Assembly: GCA_963514005.1 (NCBI GenBank)
Contig: OY740804.1
Coordinates: 19,468,001 to 19,532,000 of the forward strand
Source of the DNA: Raja brachyura
Taxonomy: Eukaryota
Direction: 5' to 3'
DNA length: 64,000 nucleotides
Each line of letters starts with the position of its first letter. Within the stretch, counting starts at the first letter, position 1. The translations under genes and the position numbers were made by a program. A model generated the notes under the pieces. It saw nothing but the letters and a program-made list of their open reading frames with translations, ran no database searches and was not told where the DNA came from. Of this stretch, positions 34,143 to 44,294 are shown piece by piece.

Positions 34143-36077
34143 ATGGAGGTAGGTGGGTCTGGAGTCCCCAGAAACACATCTTGTCTAAATTCACTGTATG
34201 TGGGGGGCAGGTTGCACTTGTTCTATGAGAATTGGCTCACTGTTACCTCTGATCCTTATATACTCAGGAGTATTCAGGGCTACGAAATTGAATTTATTCA
34301 CGAACTCCCTACTCCGGTTCAGCATGTCCCTAGCCGGAAATTTATCCTTTCTCAACAAGAGAAGGCAGCAGGACATGCTGAGCTTCTTAGGTTAATAGAG
34401 AAAGGAGTAGTGGAGAAAGCCACCAAAGAACCCCGGGAGTTCGTGTCCAATATATTCACCAAAAATAAAAAAGACGGCGGTTGCCGCATCATTATTGACT
34501 TAACTGAACTGAATACTTCTGTCCAGTATATTCATTTCAAAATGGACACCTTCGACACTGCTATACAGTTAATAGGTCATGGGTACTACATGGCATGCAT
34601 TGATCTCAAGGATGCATATTATTCAGTACCCATACACAAGGATCATAGGAAATACTTAAAATTTATCTGGATGGGACAATTATGGCAATACAAAGCCTTG
34701 CCCAATGGGTTATCATCAGCACCCAGATTGTTTACCAAGATATTGAAACCAGCTTTGGCCTGTTTAAGGAAACAGAACCATACTGTTATGGCTTATCTAG
34801 ACGACATCCTCATTGTGGGGGAAAATTTGGAAACGGCCACTTTGGCGGTAACAACCACTAAACAGCTTTTTCAGAAGCTGGGTTTCATTATACATCCAGA
34901 TAAATCTATATTGGAACCCTCTACTACCATGAAGTACTTGGGGTTCATCATTGACTCTGGGCAAATGTCTATCACGTTGCCACCAAGCAAGGTGGAGGAC
35001 CTGATAGAGGCTTGCAGGAGCCTCTTTGGCACTAAGGATCCATCCATTCGACAGGTGGCCAGGGTGATTGGAAAGATAGTAGCTGCATTCCCTGGAGCAC
35101 AATTTGGGCCTTTACATTACCAAAACTTACAAAGAGCAAAAATTACAGCGCTCAAAAATCATGCTGGCCATTTTGATAGGCCCATGACAATACCGGAGAA
35201 GGCAAAAGCCGAATTATATTGGTGGATGGGCAATGCCCAAAACTGCTCTAAACCAATCACTATCATCAATCCCTCGGTCACCTTACAAACAGATGCCAGT
35301 GCCAAAGGGTGGGGAGCTACTAACACTACCTCTAGTTGTGGAGGTAGATGGAGTGCACAGGAGTTAACCCATTTCAAAAATTTGGGGATTAACTATTCGG
35401 AAATGCTGGCAGCATTTCACGGCCTTAAAGCATACTGCACTAATATGCACAAAGTCCATATAAGGATACAAATTGACAACACCACGGTGGTAGCCTATAT
35501 TAACCACATGGGCGGTATTAAGTCGATATCATGTGATGAATTGGCAAACAATATCTGGCACTGGTGTCTGCAAAGAGAAATCTGGATATCAGCTACTTAC
35601 CTTCCAGGGAAGCTAAACACAGTGGCAGACACCAGATCACGTAAATTCAACGACAACATAGAATGGATGTTGGATCGGAGTGTGTTTACAGATATTGTAG
35701 AACGGTATGGAACACCAGATATCGACCTTTTCGCGTCCAGGCTTAATCACCAACTACCAACATATGTTGCTTGGGAACCAGACCCGGGGGCAGTAGCGAT
35801 GGATGCATTCTCGCTACATTGGGGAGATCTATTTTGCTATGCATTTCCCCCTTTCTGCCTCATCAGTCGGGTCTTGCAGAAAATTAAGCAAGACTCCGCA
35901 TCGGGAATTTTGGTGGTGCCCGACTGGCCTACCCAACCATGGTTCCCTATGGTACGGAAGATGGCCACAGAACCCTGCATCAGGGTGAACAAAAGACCAA
36001 GTCTGCTCATTCACCCTGTTACAGGGGAACATCACCCATGTCATGATCGCATGGATCTATTAATTTGCAGATTTTAA
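34143..36077 (+). CDS. pol: DIRS1 ORF2: reverse transcriptase / RNase H / adenine-methyltransferase-like domain, 644 aa
   Basis: IDLKDAYYSVPI, LPNGLSSAP, YLDD (RT); LQTDAS...E...IDN...ADTRSR (RNase H); IDLFASRLN...YAFPPF (DIRS MT domain). Confidence 0.95.
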   Translation: MEVGGSGVPRNTSCLNSLYVGGRLHLFYENWLTVTSDPYILRSIQGYEIEFIHELPTPVQHVPSRKFILSQQEKAAGHAELLRLIEKGVVEKATKEPREFVSNIFTKNKKDGGCRIIIDLTELNTSVQYIHFKMDTFDTAIQLIGHGYYMACIDLKDAYYSVPIHKDHRKYLKFIWMGQLWQYKALPNGLSSAPRLFTKILKPALACLRKQNHTVMAYLDDILIVGENLETATLAVTTTKQLFQKLGFIIHPDKSILEPSTTMKYLGFIIDSGQMSITLPPSKVEDLIEACRSLFGTKDPSIRQVARVIGKIVAAFPGAQFGPLHYQNLQRAKITALKNHAGHFDRPMTIPEKAKAELYWWMGNAQNCSKPITIINPSVTLQTDASAKGWGATNTTSSCGGRWSAQELTHFKNLGINYSEMLAAFHGLKAYCTNMHKVHIRIQIDNTTVVAYINHMGGIKSISCDELANNIWHWCLQREIWISATYLPGKLNTVADTRSRKFNDNIEWMLDRSVFTDIVERYGTPDIDLFASRLNHQLPTYVAWEPDPGAVAMDAFSLHWGDLFCYAFPPFCLISRVLQKIKQDSASGILVVPDWPTQPWFPMVRKMATEPCIRVNKRPSLLIHPVTGEHHPCHDRMDLLICRF

Positions 36078-37048
36078 AACGGCCACTTCACGGATACGGA
36101 CTCTCCAACAGGACCATTGACACCATCACAGCAGCCTACAGAGAGTCCACAAGGAAGCAGTATCTGACCTACATCAGAAAATGGGAAGGATTCTGCGTCT
36201 CAGCCAACACCACTTATGAAACCGCCACTATTACGGAAGTGCTGGAATTTTTGGCTACCCTTCATTTCGATGAGGGTTTGAGTTACAGTGCCATCAACTG
36301 TGCCAGGAGTGCCCTATCATCCTACCTGGGCCAGGGAAGTGACCAATTGGGCATTGGATCACATCCCCTAGTGTCCAAATTTATGAGGGGAATATTCAAT
36401 TCCAATCCCCCCAGGCCTAGATACAGCCATACTTGGGATATCAGCACAGTTTTGACTATGCTACGAGGATGGACGCCTATCACGGGACTCCCTTTGGCAA
36501 AACTCACGTACAAAATGGTCATGATTATGGCACTTATCACGGCACAACGGGTCCAGTCCCTGCACAAACTCAATCTGGATGCAATGACCTCCACCAGTGA
36601 TAAAGTCACTTTTTATGTGCAGGGACTATTGAAACAAGATCGTCCCGGAGTGTCTGGTCATACATTAGAGTTTCTGGCTTACCCAACAGATTCTCGCCTT
36701 TGTATCGTTACATTAATCTCACGATACATCTCAGTTACTAAAAATCTAAGGGGCACGGAGACAGCATTGCTCATCAGTCACAAGAAACCCCATCATAGAG
36801 TCACGGTGCAAACCATTTCCAGATGGTTAAGGGTGGTATTGGATGCGGCGGGGGTGGATACTAACATTTATAAATCTCACTCCACCAGGGCAGCATCCAC
36901 CTCGGCGGCTAGAAGGATGGAAGTACCTTTGGATCACATCCTGGCCACAGCGGGTTGGAGGAACGAAAAGACCTTCCACCGCTTTTACTTTAAACCCGTG
37001 ACCTCCCCTGATACTTTTGCAGGGAGGATTTTAAGTACTGCCAGATAG
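36071..37048 (+). CDS. DIRS1 tyrosine recombinase (no ATG at its 5' end; probably supplied by splicing)
   Basis: R-K-H-R-W-Y catalytic set: AQRVQSL, LKQDR, HSTRAAS, AGW, FHRFY. Frame is open from 36047; the first ATG is ~100 codons in. Confidence 0.92.
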   Translation: MLKRPLHGYGLSNRTIDTITAAYRESTRKQYLTYIRKWEGFCVSANTTYETATITEVLEFLATLHFDEGLSYSAINCARSALSSYLGQGSDQLGIGSHPLVSKFMRGIFNSNPPRPRYSHTWDISTVLTMLRGWTPITGLPLAKLTYKMVMIMALITAQRVQSLHKLNLDAMTSTSDKVTFYVQGLLKQDRPGVSGHTLEFLAYPTDSRLCIVTLISRYISVTKNLRGTETALLISHKKPHHRVTVQTISRWLRVVLDAAGVDTNIYKSHSTRAASTSAARRMEVPLDHILATAGWRNEKTFHRFYFKPVTSPDTFAGRILSTAR

Positions 37049-37200
37049 TACCCTTTTGGGACTATATTGTTTGGTATGAATAAATACCTGTTTTTGTTTT
37101 TCAGCCAGTGTCTTGTCTGAATTACATTCATCCTCTTATCCCAACTTTAGCGGTGTGTGAGCATGGAGCTTCCAGGGCATGAAATCACAGAGCTTTGAAA

Positions 37201-37313
37201 TCTTCACGTAGTCACTCACGTGACTCCGAAGTAAAATAGTAAGATTAAACGAGAACTTACCAGTTTGAAGTTTGATCTTTATTTTATGAGGAGTTACGAT
37301 GAGGGATTACGTG
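37201..37313 (+). other. Internal complementary region (ICR) of DIRS copy B
   Basis: Reverse complement of the left terminus (32760-32796) joined to that of the right terminus through a shared AAT, i.e. the circle-junction sequence. Confidence 0.93.
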
Positions 37314-37963
37314 CCCTCCGCTCCCAACCCTCTATTATAAAGATCACCTGGTATGGAAGTTCTCTTTTTTATCTTACTATATTAGTCATTGTGACTGTTT
37401 GTTCTGTGATTTCACACCACTGCTTTGAAGAATGTCGCGCATGCGTGCTGGCGGGGTCTTCACGTAATCCCTCATCGTAACTCCTCATAAAATAAAGATC
37501 AAACTTCATACTGGTAAGTTCTCGTTTAATCTTACTATTATTCATAGTACAATACGAACGTGGAAACAAATAAAATTAACTTTCAAATTAAGAAATCTTT
37601 TGCGTCTCTCTCCTATTGTTAATAATCCATCGTTTAAACCATCTATTATCGATAAAACGTTTACACACTGGGAAAGAAAAGGAATTAAAACCTTTAGAGA
37701 AATGTATGAAATGGGAAATCTTTTATCATTCCAACAACTACAACTTAAATATAACCAGAAAAGTAATCAGTACTTTAAATATCTTCAAATACTTGACTAC
37801 TTGAAAAAACATACAAAAGAACATAAAACTTGGACTTCAGATATACTAGATGAAGCTATGAACAGAAAGGCGGATTCTACAAATTTAATATCATATTTGT
37901 ATAATATAATTTTAAACATAGAGATACCACCGTCTGATGCAATCAGAAGCGACTGGGAACAAG

Positions 37964-40900
37964 AATAGTAAGATTAAATGAGAACTTACCAGTTTGAAGT
38001 TTGATCTTTATTTTATGAGGATTTACGATGAGGGATTACGTGAAGACCCCACCAGCATGCATGCGCACCATTCTTCAAAGCAGTGGTGTGAAATCAAAGA
38101 TACCAGAGTAGACTAATATAGTAAGATAAGAGAGAACTTTCATACCAGTTGAACTTTATAATAGAGGGTTTTGGGAGCGGAGGGCACATAATCCCTCATC
38201 GTAACTCCTCATAAAATAAAGATCAAACTTCAAACTGATAAGTTTTCATTTAATCTTACTATTTTACTTCGGAGTCACGTGAGTGACTACATGAAGATTT
38301 CAAAGCTCTGTGATTTCATGCCCTGGAACGAGTCCATGCTCATACACAGCCATGCTAGGAAAGGAGGATGAACGTATTTCAGACATGACGCTGTGCTGAA
38401 AAACAAAGAAGGTATTTATTCATACCAAAATAATATATCCCCACATTGGGTAATTTATTTTACAGAACTCATAATTTTCCCTGCAAACATGTCAGGAGTG
38501 GCCACTGGTTTATTATAAAAGCATTGAAAAGCCTGTTCATTGCTCCAACCCGCTATGGCCAGGATGTGGTCCATAGGATCTTCCATCACCCTAGCCGCCG
38601 ATGTAGATGCAGCCCTAGTGGAGTGAGATTTGAAAACATTAGTATCCACTCTCGCTGCATCTAATACTACCCTTAACCATCTGGATATGGTTTGCACCGT
38701 GACTTTATAGTGAGGGCATTTATGACTTATGAGTAAAGCTCTCTCCGTGCCCCTAAGAGTCTTAGTGACTTCTATATATTGTAAAATAAGTGTCACAATG
38801 CAGTCGACTATCTGCAGGATAGGCCAGAAATTCTAATTTTTGGCCAGATGAACCGGGTCGGTCTTGTTTAAGTAACCCCTGTATTAGAAAGGTTATCTTG
38901 CCATTTGTGATGTACATGGCGTCCATACTTAATTTGTGTAAGGACTGGACCTGTTGTGCTCATACAAGTGCCATAATCATTACCATCTTGTATGTAAGTT
39001 TGTCCAAGGTGAGCCCCGTTATGGGTGGCCATCCTCGTAACATAGTTAAAACTATGCTTATGTCCCATGTATGGGTGAATCTGGGCCTGGGGGGATTAGA
39101 GTTAAATATACCCCTCATTAGTTTAGATACTAGTGGGTGTGATCCTGTAGCAAGGTGATCACTCCCTCTGCCCAAATAATTAGATAGGGCACTCCTTGTA
39201 CAATTAATGGCACTGTAACTCAATCCTTCATCGAAATGAAGGGTGGCCAGAACTCCAGCACTTCAGTGATGGTGGCTGAGTCATATGTAGTGTTCGTCCT
39301 GGTGCAGAACACTTCCCATTTCCTGACATATGTCAGGTACTGTCTTCTGGTGGACTCCCTGCACGACGCTGAGATGGCATTGATCGTTCTGTCGGAGAGT
39401 TCGTATCCCAGAAATGGCCTGTTCAGAATCTGCAAATTAACAAATTCATGTGGTCATGGCACGGATGACTATCCCCTGTCAGGGGGTGTACCAACAAACT
39501 CGGCCGTTTGTTTATCCGTATGCAGGGTTCTGAGGCCATCTTTTGTACTGCTGGGAACCATGGTTGGTTAGGCCAGTCGGGAACAACCAAAATACCCGTT
39601 GCGGAGACTTGTTTAATTTTCTGCAAGACCCGACTGATGAGGCAGAAGGGGGGAAATGCATAGCAGAACAAATCCCCCCAATGTAGCGAGAAAGCATCCA
39701 TCGCTGCTGCCCCTGGGTTTGGTTCCCAAGAAACATATGTTGGTAGTTGGTGATTTAGTCTGGATGCAAAAAGGTCGATATCTGGTGTCCCATAATGTTC
39801 TATAATATCTGTAAACACTTTCCGATCCAACACCCATTCTATGTTGTCGTTGAATTTACGTGACCTGGTGTCTGCCACTGTATTTAGCTTACCTGGAAGG
39901 TAAGTGGCTGAGATCCAAATCTCTCTTTCCAGACACCAGTGCCAGAGATTATTAGCCAATTCGTCACATGATATCGACTTTATTCCACCCATATGATTAA
40001 TATAGGCCACCACTGTGGTATTGTCAATTTGTAACCTTACATGCAACTGGTGCATATCTGAACAGTAGGCCCTGAGTCCATGAAATGCTCCCAGCATTTC
40101 TAGATAATTAATCCCTAGTGCTTTAAACAGGGTTAATTCTCGTGCACTCCATCTGCCACCACAACTTGTGGTGGTATTAGTTGCTCCCCAGCCTTTAGCA
40201 CTGGCATCAGTCTGTAATGTAACCAAGGGATTCATGATAGTGATGGGGTTAGAACAAAGCTGAGCATTTTCTATCCACCAGTTTAATTCTGATATTGCTT
40301 TCCCTGGTAGTTTCATAGGCCTATCAAAATGGCCTGCATGATTTTTGAGAGCTAAAATATTTGCTCTTTGAAGATTTTGATAATGGAGTGGTCCAAATTG
40401 TGCTGCTGGGAACGCAGCCACTAATTTCCCAATCACTCTAGTATACTTGCCGAATGGATGGTTCCCTGATACCAGTGAGGCTTCTACATGCTTCTATCAA
40501 GTCCATCACTTTGTTAGGTGGCAAGGTGATAGACATTTGAACAGAATCAATAGTGAACCCCAAATAATCCATGGTAGTGGAGGGTTCCAATTTTGATTTA
40601 TCTCGATGTATGATAAATCCCAGCTTTTGAAAAGTATGTTTTGTGGCTGATACTGCCAATGTAGCCATCTCCAAATTCTCACCTACAATGAGAATATCAT
40701 CAAGGTAAGCCATAACGATATAGTTGTTCCCTTAAATAAGCTAAAGCTGGTTTTAATAATTTTGTAAACAGCCTGGGTGCCGATGACAACCCTTTGGGTA
40801 AGGCTTTATACTGCCATAGCTGTCCCATCCAGACAAATTTCAGGTATTTACGATGATCCTTGTGTATTGGTACTGAATAGTATGCATTTTTAAGATCGAT

Positions 40901-42774
40901 GCAAGCCATGTAGTACCTATCAGAAATTAGCTGTTTGGCTGTGACAAACATGTCCATGTTGAAATGGGCATACTGAACGGAAGTATTTAGTTCGGTCAAA
41001 TCTATAATGATGCGGCAACCGCCATCTTTTTTGTTTTTTGTAAATATATTTGATACGAACTCTTGAGATTCTCTGATTGTTTTCTCAATTACCCCTTTTG
41101 TGTTTAGTCTTAACAGCTCAGCATAGCCTGCTGTTCTTTCTTTTTGTGAAAGTATGAACTTCCGGCTAGGCGTATGCTGAACTGGGGTGGGGAGTTCGTA
41201 TACAAATTCAATCTTATAACCCTGAATACTTCCGAGTATGTAAGGATCAGAGGTAAAAGTGCTCCACACATGATGAAACAAGTGCAACCGTCCACCAACT
41301 TTTGATTAATCTAAACATGCAATGTTTTTGAGAGAACCAGACCCACCTACCTCCATGGTTACCACCGGTGTTGTGTGGGTTGTCTCTGCCCTTGTTTCTT
41401 CAGTTGATGTGTTGCTGCGTTGTGGGGTTGGCGCATTTTCCAGGAAGGCCGGGCTGGGCCATGGTCTAAAAAAGACCGCTGTGCAGGTGGGCCGGCCTTC
41501 GAGCTTTCACCACCAGATGGTCTATCATAATACCGTTGTCTGGTGGATGTGTAGGGGTGCTGCCGCTGCTGATAGTGGGTGTTTGAGGTGGTTGGTACCT
41601 TGATCAGGCCTATAGCCTTGGCCTCCTCATCCAGGTCTTTCACCTGCTTCGGGAGGTTGTCCCCAAACAGCAGATTAGGCGGCTGAGTGCTACTGGTCCT
41701 GCATCATCCCGCAAATTTGGGATTAAGTGCAGGCCTTGATGATGCTCTTTCTGTAACTGTTAATCCCGAACTGAGTATTACACAGTAATGCTAAAGCATC
41801 TTGCAGCTCTTCAGGTAAATCAACCCCAACAGCGGTCCTGGTCACTGCTGTGATTCCAGCAGCCAGCAGTTTAAGGATCCTCTGGAGCTTCACATCCTGG
41901 CTCCTTATAGAAGGGCTCATGTTGCCCCAGATGGGATTGTTGACTGCTGGTACATTGAGAGAGTTACAGTTCTCTGGGGCGAGATATTTTTCAGCCGTCG
42001 TATTAATGGCTTTCTCCTGCAGCTGGTTTGTGGCCATGTAATTTATACTGGCTGCCAGCTTTGGATGTATTGGCATTCCTTTTTGTGTTGGTACAGCATG
42101 TTTGTTTACCATGCCCAACAATTCTTCTGGCACCCCTAACACAGTTGGTTTTTCAGCCATTGCCCCTTCTTCAGGGTCAGCCCAGCTCTGACCCCTAATG
42201 CTCCCCTGCAAAGAGGGTGAGAGATTTGGCAGTCCTTGAAAGGATCCTGCCATGGGTCTGCGAGGAGACCCACCGTGACTCTGCCCCTGCCTAAGCAGGT
42301 CATGCTGGAGCAACTGCTCCACCAACCGCTCCATGCGGGAAAGACGCCTGCCGTCACTATCTGCGAACGGGGTGTCTTCGGGTCCGGACCCAGCCGAGTC
42401 AACGGTCCCGTCCGACTTCCGGGTGGTTTTGCTGCCCGACCGCGGCGCACCTTTGGCGAGAAGTCGGGAGCTGCTGGTAACACCTGCAGCTCTGGAGTAA
42501 CTGCACGCTGCTGGCTGCTTTCCATAGCAGCGGATTTTGCCGATGCTCTCTTGGATTTGCGCAACTCCATAGTGCTTTTTCCTCTGAAAAACAAAATACA
42601 CCAGTCGCACACGCTCCCCAGACTGGTGAGACTTACCTTCAGTAAGTTTTTAAACTTACTCTTGAGGAGCGGCGCTCCTCCTGACTGTCGCTTCCGCAAT
42701 GCGTTCTACGATATGTCGCCCATGTGTGCTGGCGGGGTCTTCACATAGTCACTCACATGACTCCGAAGTAAAAT
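37964..42774 (-). mobile_element. DIRS1-like retrotransposon, copy C, full length but with frameshifts and stops
   Basis: Same ITR/ICR architecture on the minus strand (ICR ~38185-38300). Gag split (41723-42570, 41359-41643), pol split (40700-41287, 40438-40713, 39423-40436), YR split (39220-39435, 38960-39223, 38455-38796). AAT core at both ends. Confidence 0.96.
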
Positions 42775-44047
42775 TATCTATAAATATCTCAAAAGACAGA
42801 TGGGATAAATATTTGCTATATGTGCATAAATGCTCAATAAATGTAAGACATACCTTAATTCAATTTAAAATTCTACATAGATTATATTACTCAAAAACTA
42901 AAATGAATAAAATATTTCCAAATGTCTCACCCATCTGTGATAAATGCTTATCTCAAGTAGCACAATCTTTTGTCTTTTGAATAAAACTTCAGAAGTTTTG
43001 GAATGAAATTTTCAAAATTTTTACAAAAGTATTTAAAATAGAAATGAACCCCAACGCAGAATTGATTATCTTTGGAACAATGGAGAGAACAATGTTCCAA
43101 GACAGTTTCCTTAATTATGGCTTAATAACGGCAGAAAAAACGTATATTACAATTCTGGGAAATTGCACCAACACCAACGCTTAAAATGTGGATTTCAAAC
43201 ATGTCTGAATTGTTACACCTAGAAGATATGAGATTCATCCTAGCAGGCAGATCAGACCAATTCTTAAAGATTTGGTCTCCCTTTATCAATTTATTACAAG
43301 CATATGGTGCAACATAATCCTGAAAATAAAATGTTTTAGAACCGGGTGAGGGGTGCACAAAGATTCAAAGTAGATATATCCCTTCCAGTTTATTTTCCTT
43401 TTATTATCTTTTTTGCTTTATTTCCTTGTTAAATTTTTTTTTTTTAATTTTAATATCTCTCCTCCTTTCTCTCTTTTTCTTGTACTTTTCACGAACTATC
43501 ACTTTCACCACCTTAGCTAACTTTCTTTTTCTCTCTTTTTGCTTCTATTACTTTTTTATTATTAAATTCAAAAACAAGGTTGTATATGAAATGTATTATA
43601 TTTATTCTTAATGTACCCTATTGTATATGACTTCTAATAAAAATATTATAGGGAAAAATAAATAATAATAATAATTGTTCTGTCATTGCATTGTTTCCAT
43701 TTAGAATTATCCTGGATTCCTGTCATGGGGGACAAGGATCTGTTTTCACAATTCTTTAATCGGTTAGCCTGGTCCAGTCCCACAGTTGTGCACAAACACT
43801 AACCACAGGTGATCACTTTTCCAAACTGTGTGTCATGGAACCCCAAGATCCCACCCTCACCCTCCCCACCCATCCTTCCCCACCCATCCCAGCTCCACCC
43901 TTACTACTGTAGCTCTCCCCCCTCTCCACACCCAATGCTGCCGACGGGCTGTGATGAATGGGATCCTCTCCATCCCCATACCACAGGAACATCTGTCCAG
44001 AGATAAGTACATGCCCTTGGATCCAGGGTGGAGTACGGTCATCTGAC

Positions 44048-44263
44048 CTATAAACGGTGAGATTTTCCAAGGGCTCGTCTACCCTTGACTGAGGCAAAGT
44101 GTGGGATCCCAGAACAATTCACTGTTTCATACTCTTGGACCATGCTCTTGCTGGGGTCTCTGTGCCCTCCTCTTTTGGCTGGTCCAGGAACTGGCGTCAC
44201 AGGAGATTTCACTGTGTCATATATGGTGCAAGGAATCTCCAGCCTCGCCTTGTTCTGAACCTG
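44048..44263 (-). CDS. SLAM-family receptor, last coding exon (cytoplasmic tail with ITSM)
   Basis: Acceptor tctctctgctttctcag|CAG. Phase-0 translation QVQNKARLEIPCTIYDTVKSP...VQEYETVNCSG...SHRL*; TIYDTV fits the ITSM TxYxxV. Confidence 0.85.
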   Translation of the reverse strand, partial: QVQNKARLEIPCTIYDTVKSPVTPVPGPAKRGGHRDPSKSMVQEYETVNCSGIPHFASVKGRRALGKSHRL

Positions 44264-44294
44264 CTGAGAAAGCAGAGAGAGTTCAGAGGATTAG

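Larger units (their letters stand above)
32760..37539 (+). mobile_element. DIRS1-like tyrosine-recombinase retrotransposon, copy B, apparently intact
   Basis: ITR core CGTGAAGACCCCGCCAGCACGCATGCGCGAC is exactly inverted at ~37434-37465. ICR 37201-37313 complements the left end (exact) and the right extension (1 mismatch). Three open ORFs; ATT core at both ends. Confidence 0.97.
28830..43675 (+). mobile_element. AT-rich L1-clade LINE (3' part of ORF2 and 3'UTR) fragmented by four insertions
   Basis: RT motifs GCALSPLLFALVIEPLA and ISLYADDVLLY (28985-29130). Removing the inserts restores one frame: IWDYK|SHRIQ...GGLTLPNF...KNIIY|LVDNS...YKKNTI|IHSTIRTWKQ...WEQE|LSINIS...QFKILHRLYYS...ICDKC. 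AATAAA and A-rich tail at ~43636-43675. Confidence 0.9.

Noticed and set aside
34046-34228. ATG after the cttttttag acceptor as the YR or pol start
   Set aside because: It is in the third frame; splicing at 34149 would be phase 1 and hit a stop shortly after 36071.
34143-37048. RT + methyltransferase + phage-integrase-like genes read as a prokaryotic retron, defence or prophage system
   Set aside because: ITR/ICR architecture, gag ORF and vertebrate repeat context identify a DIRS1 retrotransposon.
37201-38300. Recurring ~75-bp sequence as a CRISPR-like array
   Set aside because: These are the ICR and terminal extensions of two adjacent DIRS elements in alternating orientation; no spacers or cas genes.
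42584-42636. 53-nt (and 39-nt at 3360-3398) 5'UTR intron in DIRS
   Set aside because: Below the usual vertebrate minimum intron length, and the acceptor is absent in intact copy B; only the donor is reported.
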